Assembly (NCBI GenBank): GCA_013239625.1
Contig: MU056277.1
Span: 1,156,076-1,220,075, forward strand
Direction: 5' to 3'
DNA length: 64,000 bases
Source of the DNA: Lama guanicoe
Lineage: Eukaryota
Below are positions 51,687 through 62,970 of the stretch, piece by piece. A model generated the notes under the pieces. That model did no database searches. It was not told where the DNA came from and worked only from the letters and a program-made list of their open reading frames with translations. The position numbers and the translations under genes were made by a program. Within the stretch, counting starts at the first letter, position 1; each line of letters begins with the position of its first letter.

Positions 51687-53999
51687 GTAAGGGCTCCCGC
51701 ACGCCTCCTGCCTCCGCACTCTGGGTCAGCCTTTGGTTCAGTGGTCAGCAAGTGGTCAGGTGCTTCCAAGCATAATCAGTATGTGGGTGCAGAAACCCAA
51801 GCACTTGGCTTGTGTTTCCGTTGAAGGCTTTTCTGAGAATTTTAATTGTATTTATTATATTCCATCAAAAAAAATACCCAAACAAATATTTATGGTGACG
51901 AAAAGGACCAGGTTCATGCCAAAGGCATTAAAATGTAATTTTTGACATGTTGTTTTGGCTTTAAGAAATCTGTATCTTTTACTTAGTAAAACTCAACAGC
52001 TCTTTGACTTTATAGATATTTAAACATTTCAAAATAGATCAGCACCATAGTCTCAGTGTTTAAAACTTCTCTTTACTGGGATTCATGCTTAAGATACGGG
52101 TGTTGTCAAATCACCTGCACATTCATCAGCTTTACTGAACAGCGTTGAACCAGGCACCCTTCTCACAGGTGACCTAGGATCACCACATTTCCTGCTGGTG
52201 GGCTCTTCTGTCATCCTTACCAGATTGTTACGACCTTTACTAGGACTTCTCTGCCACTTCTTTCATCTCTGTGGTCCCCGTCCTCGGGGACACGTCTAGC
52301 TCAGGGAGGGCGGCTGCGGTGCAGCGTGGTGATCAAGGGTGCAGCATCTTACTTGATTTCTCCCAGCAGTTTGGGGTTAAAACTGTTGTTGTGCTTCAGC
52401 TGATGTTCCATTTTGAGTGGCTGTCCATCTATAACTTTTTCATACTTCAAAAAAAATGCTGAAGATGCTCAGCTTTCATGGGACTGAATTCATTCCAAGA
52501 ACAGATGCGCTGTGTGTGTTTATAAGGAAAGGGACGTACCCGTTCGCTTAGATTGTCTGTAACAGCCTGAAACTAACCTTTATAAAGCTTCACGTTGAGT
52601 AGCACCTCGCTCTGTGTCTGGACCCGGGCCTCTCGTGTTGCTTTTCGTGTCAGCCAGAGGCAAGGTCAGCTTTCTGGTGGCAGGGAGTTGGTGCTTGGCC
52701 ACCACCACTTGGAGGGCGCGCTGCTTCACAGACTGGCTTTCGAAATGCTGTGTGTTCTTCGGGTGTTTCTCTTTGGGGGCATATGTATTCTCCCTGTGAT
52801 CGGGCTGTGTCCAGCTTGAATAATACTCTAACTTTAGCATAAAATGTACCTCTCCTGACTGTTTCAAGTGAGGAGAAACAAAATCCAATGCTATGTGACA
52901 GTGTTACTGGAAGGGGTATTTTGCATAATTTCCTCTTTTTGTGAATTGTTTAGTTTGAAAACGTTTCTCGTGGTGGTTGTACAGGAAGTCACAAGACATG
53001 CATGCACGCTCACACACGTGTGCAAACACACACACGGACACATGCTGCAGTCTGTTGCTGCTTCTCTGGGATACGCAGCACCAGATGGCGCCTGGCCTTC
53101 CCCTTCAAGCACGTGTGTCAAGTCTTGTTCAGTTTTTGGAATGACGCCCTCACTCAGCCTTCCTGCTCACAGAGCCACTCAGCTCTTTCTCCTGTTAAGC
53201 ATGCTTATTGTTTTGGGCTAATGTGAGGCCATTGGTTGGTTTTGAGTAGTTATTTATTTTATTCAACATTTTCTCATTTAATTGTCAGTGGGATGGAATA
53301 TTTTTGGGTTTTCCAGGAATATAAGCTCCGTTAATGACATCCTTCTGAGGAATTAGATTCATATAACTTTGTTTTGATTAAAACTGATTTTTCTGAGAAA
53401 ATGTCTTATCGAGGGATTGGCAGATTTTATCTGCAAAGAGACATAGTTAATGTTTTTGGCTTTTTAGGTAAATGTTACAATGCTGTTTTGCCTCTGTGAT
53501 GCAAAAGCAGCCATTGAGAGGAATGGGCCTGACTGTGTCCCGGGAAATTTTCTTTTCTTTTTTTTTCAAAAACAGAGATCAGGCCCTAGTTTTGCCCCCC
53601 CCACAAACCACCAGGAAATGGATTAATATAGGACTGGGGAGAATCACCTCCCCAGCTCAGGGAATACCTGTTCTTTCACAAAGTTCTGTATCTGAGTCTC
53701 AGAAATATGAAGTACCTTTGGTGAATGTGGCCCCTGGCAGTTTCTGCATCTGGACCCTCAGCCCCTGCTCCTCCTGATCTGAGCTCGGCCTGACCTGAAG
53801 CAGAACCAGAGACCGTGGCTCCCTGCTCGGCCCAAGTGGCTGGGAAGCCAAGTGCCTGAGCCAGAGATGCAGGAGAAACGATAACAACCGTGGTGGGGGG
53901 CATGTTTCACCGGCAGGGTTTTAGCAGAACTAAGCGTGTGCGTTGGGTCGAGGCTCCTCTGATGGGGACGGTGACGCTGTGTCTGCTCTATCCCGGCAG

Positions 54000-54224
54000 C
54001 TCCCCTCCCACTCCATCACCCCGTCCAGCAAGCACGCTGACAGCAAGCCAGTGCCGCTGACGCCCGCCTACCACACGCTGCCCCACCCCTCCCACCATGG
54101 CACCCCTCACACCACCATCAACTGGGGTCCCCTGGAGCCTCCGAAGACCCCCAAGCCATGGAGCCTGAGCTGCCTGCGACCCGCACCCCCACTCCGGCCC
54201 TCGGCGGCTCTCTGCTACAAGGAG
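54000..54224 (+). CDS. ARHGEF7: ARHGEF7 exon, proline-rich region (75 aa, includes Y442)
   Basis: cggcag|CTC...GAG|gtgagg, 225 nt, phase 0 to 0. Confidence 0.97.
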
Positions 54225-56196
54225 GTGAGGTCTGGCTGGGCGGCTGGCACATTAGATTGGTGGCTCTGTGTTTCAGCCCAGTGAATGAGAAATGTGGAAA
54301 ATCCCATGTTTCTGCCAGTGACATAAAAATACCAGGCAGCTTCCTCAGAACCGTGAAGGGTGTGCCTTCGTTCTCTCATGACTGCTTTCTGTGCTGTGGG
54401 GGCCTCTCTATGCCCACGTGGCCCGGTCTGGACTCCTGCTGCCGCAGGCCCAGGAGCTGGGAGGCTTCCCTTGGGCCTCCTCCTGGCCCTCCCTGAGCCT
54501 GAACCTGCTTTGGACTTGCAGTTCATGAGGGCTCGCCCTTGTGCATGCTGTTCTGCTGTGTGTGTTCTGAGCTCTTGCCCAGAGCCTGCATTGAGTCCCC
54601 AGAAGCTCCCTGAGGTGGAGAGAAGGCTTCCCCAAAACGGGGATGAAGGCAGCTCTCCTGTTGTGCCAGAGAGATCACAGTGCTTCTACGGGTGCCCTGC
54701 AGGGTGAAACGTTTCTGGGGAGAAGAGGAAGGGCCTCGGGAGATACTCTGCAGAGTATCTGCGCGTTGAGGAAGCTGACGATTGAAATGAGTGTGGCTAT
54801 GACAGGTGTGAGCCTGCGCCCGAGCGGGCTTTGCTCGGGGTGGACTTGGGCTTGGCCTGAAGCACTGTGGGCGAGGCTAGCGTGAGCAGGGCTGTGAGCG
54901 TGGTGAGCACCATTGCCTGGTTTGTGCCTTCACGAGGCCGCATTTGTCAAAGGACCTAGAGCAGATCCTCCATCCTTGCTGGTGGCCCTAAGTATTTTAA
55001 GATAAATAGAAAAACACAACATAAACTATAATTAGTTCTTTGTTTCTTGCGCTTAATGAATTTTAGTTTTTATGAAGTACGTTTTGCCAGTGGCCCTGTG
55101 CCCAGTCAGAAGTGTCTTTGCCCCGGGCGGTTCCTTGAAGAGTGCCCTACTGTTACTCCCCAGCTCAGAGCTGCAGGTGTGCGGGCTTCGTTCCTAGGGG
55201 GGAGCGGTGGGGCAGAGGAGAGAGAGAAAGGCCTGGAGAGGTGTGGCACTGAATGTGCCCGGTGTGGCGGGGCACCTCGGAGCCCCGGTGAGGAGTGGTC
55301 TCCCCCACCGGTGCTCTGCCTGCTCCACCTCCGTCCCTTGCACTCGGGGAAGTCTAGGGCTCATGCTGCATTTACTTTTTCGGGGACTAATTTCTGCTGT
55401 GTTTTCAGAGCTTTTGAAATCCCTGCTTTCACAGAGATGATGTTGAAGAGATGCCTTTAGAAGCTGGGCCCTGCTCTCTCTGTGCTTTTCATCTGATCCA
55501 TCCCATAGCCCGGGGCACCTTCTGCTTCTTGGTTTCTCATCCAAAGGTTCACCAGTGCTTTATGCAGTTTAAGTGATGCAGCAGGTTGCCTTTTTTTGAT
55601 ACGGCTATTCAGTGCATCCTGACAATCAAGAGCTTGCCCTCCTTGCCTGCCGTGGTCGTTGGGCTTGGTCCTGCTCTGTTTTCTGCCTCCCCCTTCTGCT
55701 CGGTTTTTAGGAGACGTGTTGCAGAGGTGAGGGTAGACCACTGCGCTGGGAACCCGCCGCTGAACGGTTCTGGGCTCGTGTCGTCTGTGCGCCTCTGTGC
55801 TCGAGCCCAGGGGCTGATCTGACCCCCTTTTCCCGTCCCTTGAGGCTTCAGATGTTTTCCTGAAGGGGTTGTGTTTACTTACCTTCCTTAAGAAGTAGCC
55901 TATGTTTCCTCCTCTCTTTCCGGTTGGCTGCAGCAGGTGGGTCCACCCCGGAACCACAGGCGCGGCTCCCTGTGCAGGCGGCGGCCAGCTGCCTCTCCCT
56001 GTCCTGGCGCTGCCAGCCCGCCTCGCCTCCGGGGTGATGTCCTGTGCTGGTGGCGCCGAGCCTGTCGCCCTGCTGGTTTCCAGTTAATGCTTCTCCAGCG
56101 GCTCTGGGAAGTCAGAGCGCGATGGGGTGGGAAGCCCCATCCTCACAGCCGCCCCCTTCCCCGCGGGGTGTGTCAGCGCTTCCCTCTCCTTCCCAG

Positions 56197-56290
56197 GATC
56201 TCAGTAAGAGCCCCAAGACCATGAAGAAGCTGCTCCCCAAGCGCAAACCTGAGCGGAAGCCTTCGGATGAGGAGTTCGCCCTGAGGAAAA
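56197..56290 (+). CDS. ARHGEF7: ARHGEF7 exon ([31 protein letters not shown]), includes S516
   Basis: tcccag|GAT...AAAA|gtgagc, 94 nt. Confidence 0.97.
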
Positions 56291-59079
56291 GTGAGCGCAC
56301 CCGCGTGGGGGGTGGGGGCGGCGGGGGCAGCCAGGGTGCGGGGTGGGAACAGCACGGACGCTGCCCGCAGGAAGGAGAGACGGGTCCGTGCCGAACCCCC
56401 ACCCCGAGATAGCTCTCTGTGCGGGTCCCCTGCCCTGGGCACCTCCACCTGGAGGGCCTCCACTGCGGGCCCCATCTCTCCCAGAAGCTGTGAGATGCCC
56501 AAGGCTCGTGGACTTGAGCTCCGGCCTCCCCCAGGGCACCCCGCACACAAAGGTGCTGGGCTGACAGTGGCGCCAGGAGAGCAGTCCCCAGGGATGAGTT
56601 CCCTGCCCACAGGGAGCTGGCCCTTCCTGCTGCCTTCTGCATCTGCTCGCTCCCCGCCCCCACGGCTGTCACCAGGCTCTGTGAATTTCTGGAGCTTGGC
56701 TCGTCCCCTGCACAGCCACTTGGGACCCTCAGAGATTCATTGCCAAAAGAAGGCTTTAGTCAGAAGTCCAGGAGCCCACGTCAGCTGTCGCCCGAGGAAG
56801 GAGGTGGCTTGGTGTGGTGGCTGCGGGTGGGACCTCCCCGTCTCAGTGTAGGGGATGGCAGCCGTGGGGAGGTCACGGCCTGCAGGCCTCTCAGGGTGAG
56901 CCCTCCCCGCCTGTCCCTGAGGTCCCTGTAGCAGCCACAGCCCTGCCGTCCTGACGGCCGTTTCCCTCAGATGGGGGCTGCAGAGCAGTGCAGCACCCCC
57001 GGACCCCCGATGAAACCAGGGTGAGGCCCACCGCTCCCGTGCGGAGGGTCCCGCCTGGGCTGAACACCAGCTCCCCACGTGCAGCTGCAGACCGTGCCTC
57101 ATGGACCCTTCCTCCTGCAGCCGTGCTGAGCGCCTTGTGTGCGCAGGCGCTGAGTGAGTGTGGGGTCCGGCTGCTCCCTGGCAGATGGGATACAGTGCCC
57201 TCCTGTGTACCAGTGAACCCCTGCCCCGTGGGGTCCCTCCCGTGGTGAAGCAGGAGCCAAGCCAGGCCAACGATAGCCCTGTTGCGGTGAAGTGCTGAAG
57301 TGCGGGGAGGGAGGCTGCCGGTGTTTTGGGAGGGGAGGGGCCACGAGGCCAGTGGAGCAGATGTCTTTGGGGGAGAGCTCCCAGGCATGGACTGCAGGGA
57401 CCCCCAGGCAGGACCCCCACAGTTCTTTCCAGGGACCCCTGCACCGACCCCAGGGTAACAGTGAGAGATGGTCCCAGACGTGCTTTGAGTGAACCGACAG
57501 TTTCAGTTCAGTTGTGAACAGAGGGCTCATTGGGGCTGGCTTGGGTATTTTAGGACAACTGATCCTTGTCTTGAGAGCAGGCAGGGCAGCGGCAGTGGGT
57601 CAGGGAGACCAGGTGGGAGGCTGCGCCGTGGTCCAGGTGAGGACAACATCCAGGGGAGCGTGGACAGACTCCTCTGAGCTGTAGCCTGCAGCGTTGTTTT
57701 TAATGAGGGCAGCTTTGCCCCTAGGAGGCACTTAGGGGTGACTGGGACGTTTTCGGTTGCCACAGTTGGGTGAGGGTGCTGCCGCCCCTCAGTGAGTAGA
57801 GGCCAGAGCTGGTGCTCAGCACCCGGCAGCGTCCCGCCTGGGCCAGCCCCCTGGCAGAGAGCGAGCTGACCCTATGTGTCCAGAGCGCTGGGGCTGAGAA
57901 GTGCGGCGCCTGGGCTGTGCTGTTGGGTCAGATGCAGGGCGTGAGAGGGTGAGGCTTTCAGCCTGCGCACCTGCCAGATGAGGAGCAGGCAGCGAGGCCC
58001 AGGGCCTGAGGCCCCGGGGAAGGGCCGGGCTGGTGGTGGAAAGTCCCGAGTTCTCCGCGCTTCTGTGTTTTTTTCAAGCTGTGAGACTGAATAGATGGAA
58101 GAGAAAGACAGGGAGAGTCTTAGGTGAGCTGGCAGAGGAGACTTGAAGGAGGGACCGGAGTTTTCTGTGAGTTGGGGGAGAGCTCTCGCCTGCATGCCCT
58201 CTGTAGCTCGTGCCTGTGTGGCAAGTATTTAGCGAACTTGATAGCTTTGGGTTACACTCTGATTTCCTAAGTGATTTTCACCTTTGTGACGTTCAGGGCC
58301 CTAGAGGTTTTCCTAGTTCGTGGAACAGTCTGCCACATAGAAGCTGCGTGCTGTCCTCTTGTCCACCTGCTGTCTCTGAGCCCTGTGCTGGGAGGCGGCT
58401 CTGGGAGGGCGTTCAGCACAGCGTCCCAGGAGGCCGGCCCTTCCTGGCCTTGTCGTGCTGTCCCTGCGCTTGCGTGATGCGAGTGTGCCTGTCCCGCCTG
58501 AAAACAGCAATCCGATCACACCAGCTGGACCCTTGCTGTCGCTCAGAGGTCGTTTTCCGCAGGCAGAAGGGTGACCTGCCCTGGAAGTTTCCTTGCAGCG
58601 TGTCCTGGAGGGAAGCTAGTTAAATGTTGTTATTACGGAAACCTGTTCAGCGACTGGTCCCAGCTCGTGAAATTCAAGTCCGTTTCTCAATAAGCTCTTG
58701 GTGCTGAAATTCATCTTCAGTCAGGAGTACTTGGCCCGCCTTGCATGTGTCCATCTTACAATCATGAAATGGTGTTGAGGCTTCTTGATACAGTGACTCC
58801 ATTCTCCCCACGTGGCTGTGTGAGCGTAGCTGGGCTTTTTAAAGTAAGTATTTAAGTAACATCTTAGAAACTGTAGAAGAATCTACAAAAGCAGGTCACA
58901 GAGTTTAACCATGTGACAGCATGGCGTGTGCTGGGTGTGAGGGGGTGTGCCCTGTCCGCAGACAACCGGTGAGATGCCCTTAGTCTGGAAGGCTCCACCC
59001 GCCATGCCTGTGACCCCTGAGCCTGGACGAAGCCAGGATCTGGAGTGACTTCTTCAAGCTGCAGGTTGTCTCTAGATTT

Positions 59080-59475
59080 CCTGGATTAAGTCTCCACTAG
59101 GAATTTGGATCAGAGGAAATGCTCCTTTCTTTTAAAGCCTTTGGTAAATATGGTCAAGTGGCCTTTCCGAGGATTGTCCCCGTCTCCGCCCCCCAAATGT
59201 GGGTGGAGGGGTCTCCTTTCTGACGCTCACGTCCACACTGAGGACTGTCGTGCTTTCTGCCTGTTGTCAGGCTGGTATGTGAAAACGTGGTTCTTCGTTT
59301 TAATTGTCACTTCTTGGTGAGAATGAATGTTTTTGCGTTCTGTGCTCTCTTCTGAATTGTTCTTGTTTGTAGCCTTTTCTCACAGGTTGAGGGGTATACT
59401 GTTTTTCTTGTGGATTACTAAGACAATTTATATACATTTAGAGTATTAATCCTTTGCCAGATACATTGCAGATAA
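59080..59475 (-). mobile_element. L1ME ORF2-end fragment, antisense
   Basis: 'gttttaattg...tgaatgtttt...tcttctgaattg...tattaatcctttg'. Confidence 0.6.
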
Positions 59476-59665
59476 AAAATACATAGAAAAAGTAAAAACG
59501 CTTTTAAGAATAACTGTCTTATGACTACTGGAAAACAGTTACCCGACAGGAAAACAAAAGGGGAGATGGCTGCTTGTCGCCCTTGTGGGTCAAGTTGATC
59601 AGCGTTCACTTAGTGAGCTGTCGCAGTGGTTTCTGCCCCGTGACGTGTCGTGTGTCCCCGGACAG

Positions 59666-59755
59666 GCACGGCTGCGCTGGAGGAAGACGCCCAGATTCTG
59701 AAAGTCATCGAGGCTTACTGCACAAGCGCCAAAACGCGGCAGACGCTCAATTCAA
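59666..59755 (+). CDS. ARHGEF7: ARHGEF7 exon, GIT-binding region (STAALEEDAQILKVIEAYCTSAKTRQTLNS), S525/T526 at the junction
   Basis: ggacag|GC...TCAA|gtaagt, 90 nt, phase 1 to 1. Confidence 0.97.
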
Positions 59756-62591
59756 GTAAGTTTCCCGGGAGCCTCCCGGGGCTCATGGTGCTTCCTTTTG
59801 CTTCAGGTCGTGATCTAAGGAAACAGCCATTGGGCCGCGTGCAGGCTCAACAGCATGGTCCCCCATAAGGGTGCTTCCGTGGCCTGGCAACGTAGGGCAT
59901 GGCTTCTTCCCCCCAGCATCCCTCAGTCATTGGGAAGGGTTTGAGCTGTCAGTAAAATGACCGGTTTCTAGAGAATGTTCCACTGGGAAACCTGCGAGGA
60001 TCAGGTCCTGCGAGGAATTGTGAAGCTCTCTTTGGCTTAGCGAGCATGTGTTCGAAGACGGAGATTCATTCAGCTCCGCTATTTAAGCTGTTTAAACTAC
60101 GAGTGTGGTGGTGGAATTTTCCTTTTTTCTTTTTTTGGCTTTATAGAATTGTCAAAAATAAAGCCTAGAGTAAGAATTCTTTTAGCAGCCCCCACCCTCT
60201 TTAAAACGGTCACACTTAAAAATTTTTGGAAACAGACACCAGTGAATGTGTTGGTAGATTTCAGTGCCACTGAACTTACCTGCATCTTATGCATAACGTC
60301 TTAAGTGGAAAAAGCTTAATCTGTTGTGTGAACAGTAAAAAGCTGGGCTCTTTTTTTTTTAACTTGCCCAGCAGTGGAGAGCGGAGCGCAGGGTGGCGGC
60401 AGGTGTGGCCGTGCGTGCGGTTTGCTTAGGAGAGAGGGGCTCCCGCCCCTCCCCCCTTCTTTCATACTGGACAACTTACATGTCACTTCCAACTTAAACA
60501 CTTGGTTTCCGTTAGATTTGGTAGTTTTGGTTCTCTTTCCGTCTCGACTTCAGGCGAAGCGCTCACCTCGTTTTCACCGCCTGCAAAGTGGTGGTTCGAA
60601 TCAGTGTCGCGTCTGTTGTAAACTGACTCTGGGGGGAAAAACAGGTGGGAGAAGGAATTTTCAACTGCTTTGGCTTGTGTTAAAGATGACTGTGGCTATG
60701 AGGACAGGGCTAGTAGGATTAAACCCTGGGTGGAATCTGCAGATGATCTAGAACCTTCTTTAAGGCTGGTGTTGTACATGTCCCACCTCTGATGTTCAGA
60801 CTTCTGGTCCGTTCTCTGTCTGGTCAGCAGAGCAGGAGAAAAGTGGAAAGGCCTGATTGTGTGGTGGGTCTGCTGAGAACTGAGCGATGATTTGTGAATA
60901 CAGGCTGTTGTTGTTTTAAGACATTACAGTTTCATATATTTGGTAAGAAAAATTGTTTTTTAAGTAATAGGCTAAAAATGTGACCATAGTTCTTTGGGTT
61001 TTGAATTTGAGATTTTTAAAAAATTACTCACCTCAACTTCAATTGTTTGAAATAAAATTTGAACTTGTTGGGCTCAGGTGAACAGGCTAGGTGATCTGAG
61101 CTGTGTGTGTGTTTGTGTGAGCTGAGATTCTTTGTCGCGGAGACAATGCCCTGATGTGCCGTGGCTGCCGGCAGGGTAGCCCGGGGCGGGTGTGGACCTC
61201 ACCACCTTGCACCTGCGCAGGAGCAGCACTGGGCAGCACGCCGATTCTTGTTTTTAATGACATCATGGGCTACCACTCTGGGACTTTGGAGGGCTTACAG
61301 TCACATATGGCCTTAAACTTGACGTTCTCAAGAGCAGGCAGGAGGGGGAAACGGATCCCTTGTGCTGGGAAGGTGTGTATTTAAGACACCCAGGAATGGG
61401 GCTGGGTGAAAGCAGCTCTCTCCCATCTCGCCTGAAGTTCAGTGCTGTTCAGGGTGTGTGGACGCCGAGGAGACACTCGGCCAGGCATCGTGAGTGCTGA
61501 TTTCTTTCTCAGGGTGTCGTGGCTTCACAGACGGTAGGGATTTGGTCGGTGGGACCCAGGCTGGTCCACTGCCTGTTCTTGTTACGTCTTGGGAATGGGT
61601 CAACCTTTGCTCAGAAGCAGGAACAGAACGGAGCCAGAGGGGCCCCTGGTGCCCCCCAAGTGTGACCCCAGCACCCTCTCCTGGCCCATTCCAGCCTGCA
61701 CCCCAACCCACAGCTGCCCGGCCAGCCTCATCGCTCGCAGTCGCCAGCCACTTATGGGCTCGTTTCTGTTCTTCACTTCGTGCCCGCTTCCTCCTGCCGT
61801 CCTCCTCACAGAGCGGCGCTGCCTGCTCAAGCCTCCTGTCCCAGGGGGTCGATGGCGTTTGCACAGACTCCCTGGCCGAGTGCCGGCGAGCCCTAGGGGA
61901 GACAGGCTCACTCTGCAGGTGGAGGAGTGACGGGCAGAGGCAGGGGGGCCCTGTTTCGCCCCTTTCTCCACCTGAACGTGTCATAGGCGTCACAGTTGGG
62001 TAAGGTAAGTTTAGACCCCGCTGGTAAGATGACGTCAGGAGATTTACAGCCCGGGAAGCAGACAGCTGGAGAAAGGAGCCCAAAACCCGTGGAAGGATTT
62101 TGCACCCAGTGCATCCACTTCATGAATGGGGAATAGGTTTTAATTAAGCCCATAAATGGTGCCTTTCACAAATAATGTCCTAAATGAGACTGTTGATCGA
62201 ATGTGTAGCAGAATTGGTTGACTTGTCGCATGTCTTTAGAATTACCTTGTGGACACGGGCTTGGTTTGTTAAAAAAAAAAATAAGTGAGCACTTTATAGC
62301 AGTAGGTTTAAACAAGGAGCACTCTGGAAACAGTATCATGATTCAGGTTTATTTAAATAATTGCTCTAGTTTTATTCTAAAGGTTGTGCTAATTAATAAA
62401 TTCGTTATTAAAACCCAGCCATAAATAAGGAGAAGTGAACATTGTTGCCGTTTTGTAACAGTATTTTCTCTTTCCCTTCTCTTCCCGTCACCTTTTGCTT
62501 TTGTTTCCATGTTTTTGGTTGTGGCTCCCCTGCCGTCCTTCTGCTCTCCCCTCCTCTGCCTGTCCCCTGTCTGCCCCCCCCCCCGTCTTAG

Positions 62592-62806
62592 CATGGCAAG
62601 GCACTGACCTGATGCATAATCACGTCTTGGCTGACGACGACCAGTCAAGCCTAGACTCCCTGGGTCGTCGCAGCAGCCTTTCCCGCTTGGAGCCTTCAGA
62701 CCCCTCGGAAGACTCTGACTATGACAGTATATGGACAGCCCATAGTTACAGGATGGGTTCTACATCTCGTAAGAGCTGTTGCTCATATATCTCTCACCAG
62801 AACTAA
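62592..62806 (+). CDS. ARHGEF7: ARHGEF7 Ser-rich insert exon: 177-nt cassette (62592..62768) or, read through, terminal exon ending RKSCCSYISHQN*
   Basis: gtcttag|CATGG; internal donor CTC|gtaaga after 62768; TAA at 62804-62806; Y598 (SDYD) by count. Confidence 0.95.
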
Positions 62807-62830
62807 CGCACTTCTGAGCTTTCCTTAACG

Positions 62831-62970
62831 NNNNNNNNNNNNNNNNNNNNNNNNNNNNNNNNNNNNNNNNNNNNNNNNNNNNNNNNNNNNNNNNNNNNNN
62901 NNNNNNNNNNNNNNNNNNNNNNNNNNNNNNNNNNNNNNNNNNNNNNNNNNNNNNNNNNNNNNNNNNNNNN
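62831..62970. other. Assembly gap (140 N) just after the alternative stop codon
   Basis: N run. Confidence 1.

Larger units (their letters stand above)
19230..62806 (+). other. ARHGEF7: ARHGEF7 (beta-PIX/Cool-1) gene body, 17 coding exons visible; 5' exons and 3' coiled-coil exons outside window
   Basis: Exon lengths 85+131+202+89+95+96+123+139+60+147+87+79+140+225+94+90+215 = 2097 nt, open to TAA at 62804-62806. The peptide matches recalled mammalian beta-PIX throughout; MTDNS start and the SYISHQN tail point to ARHGEF7 rather than ARHGEF6. Confidence 0.98.
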
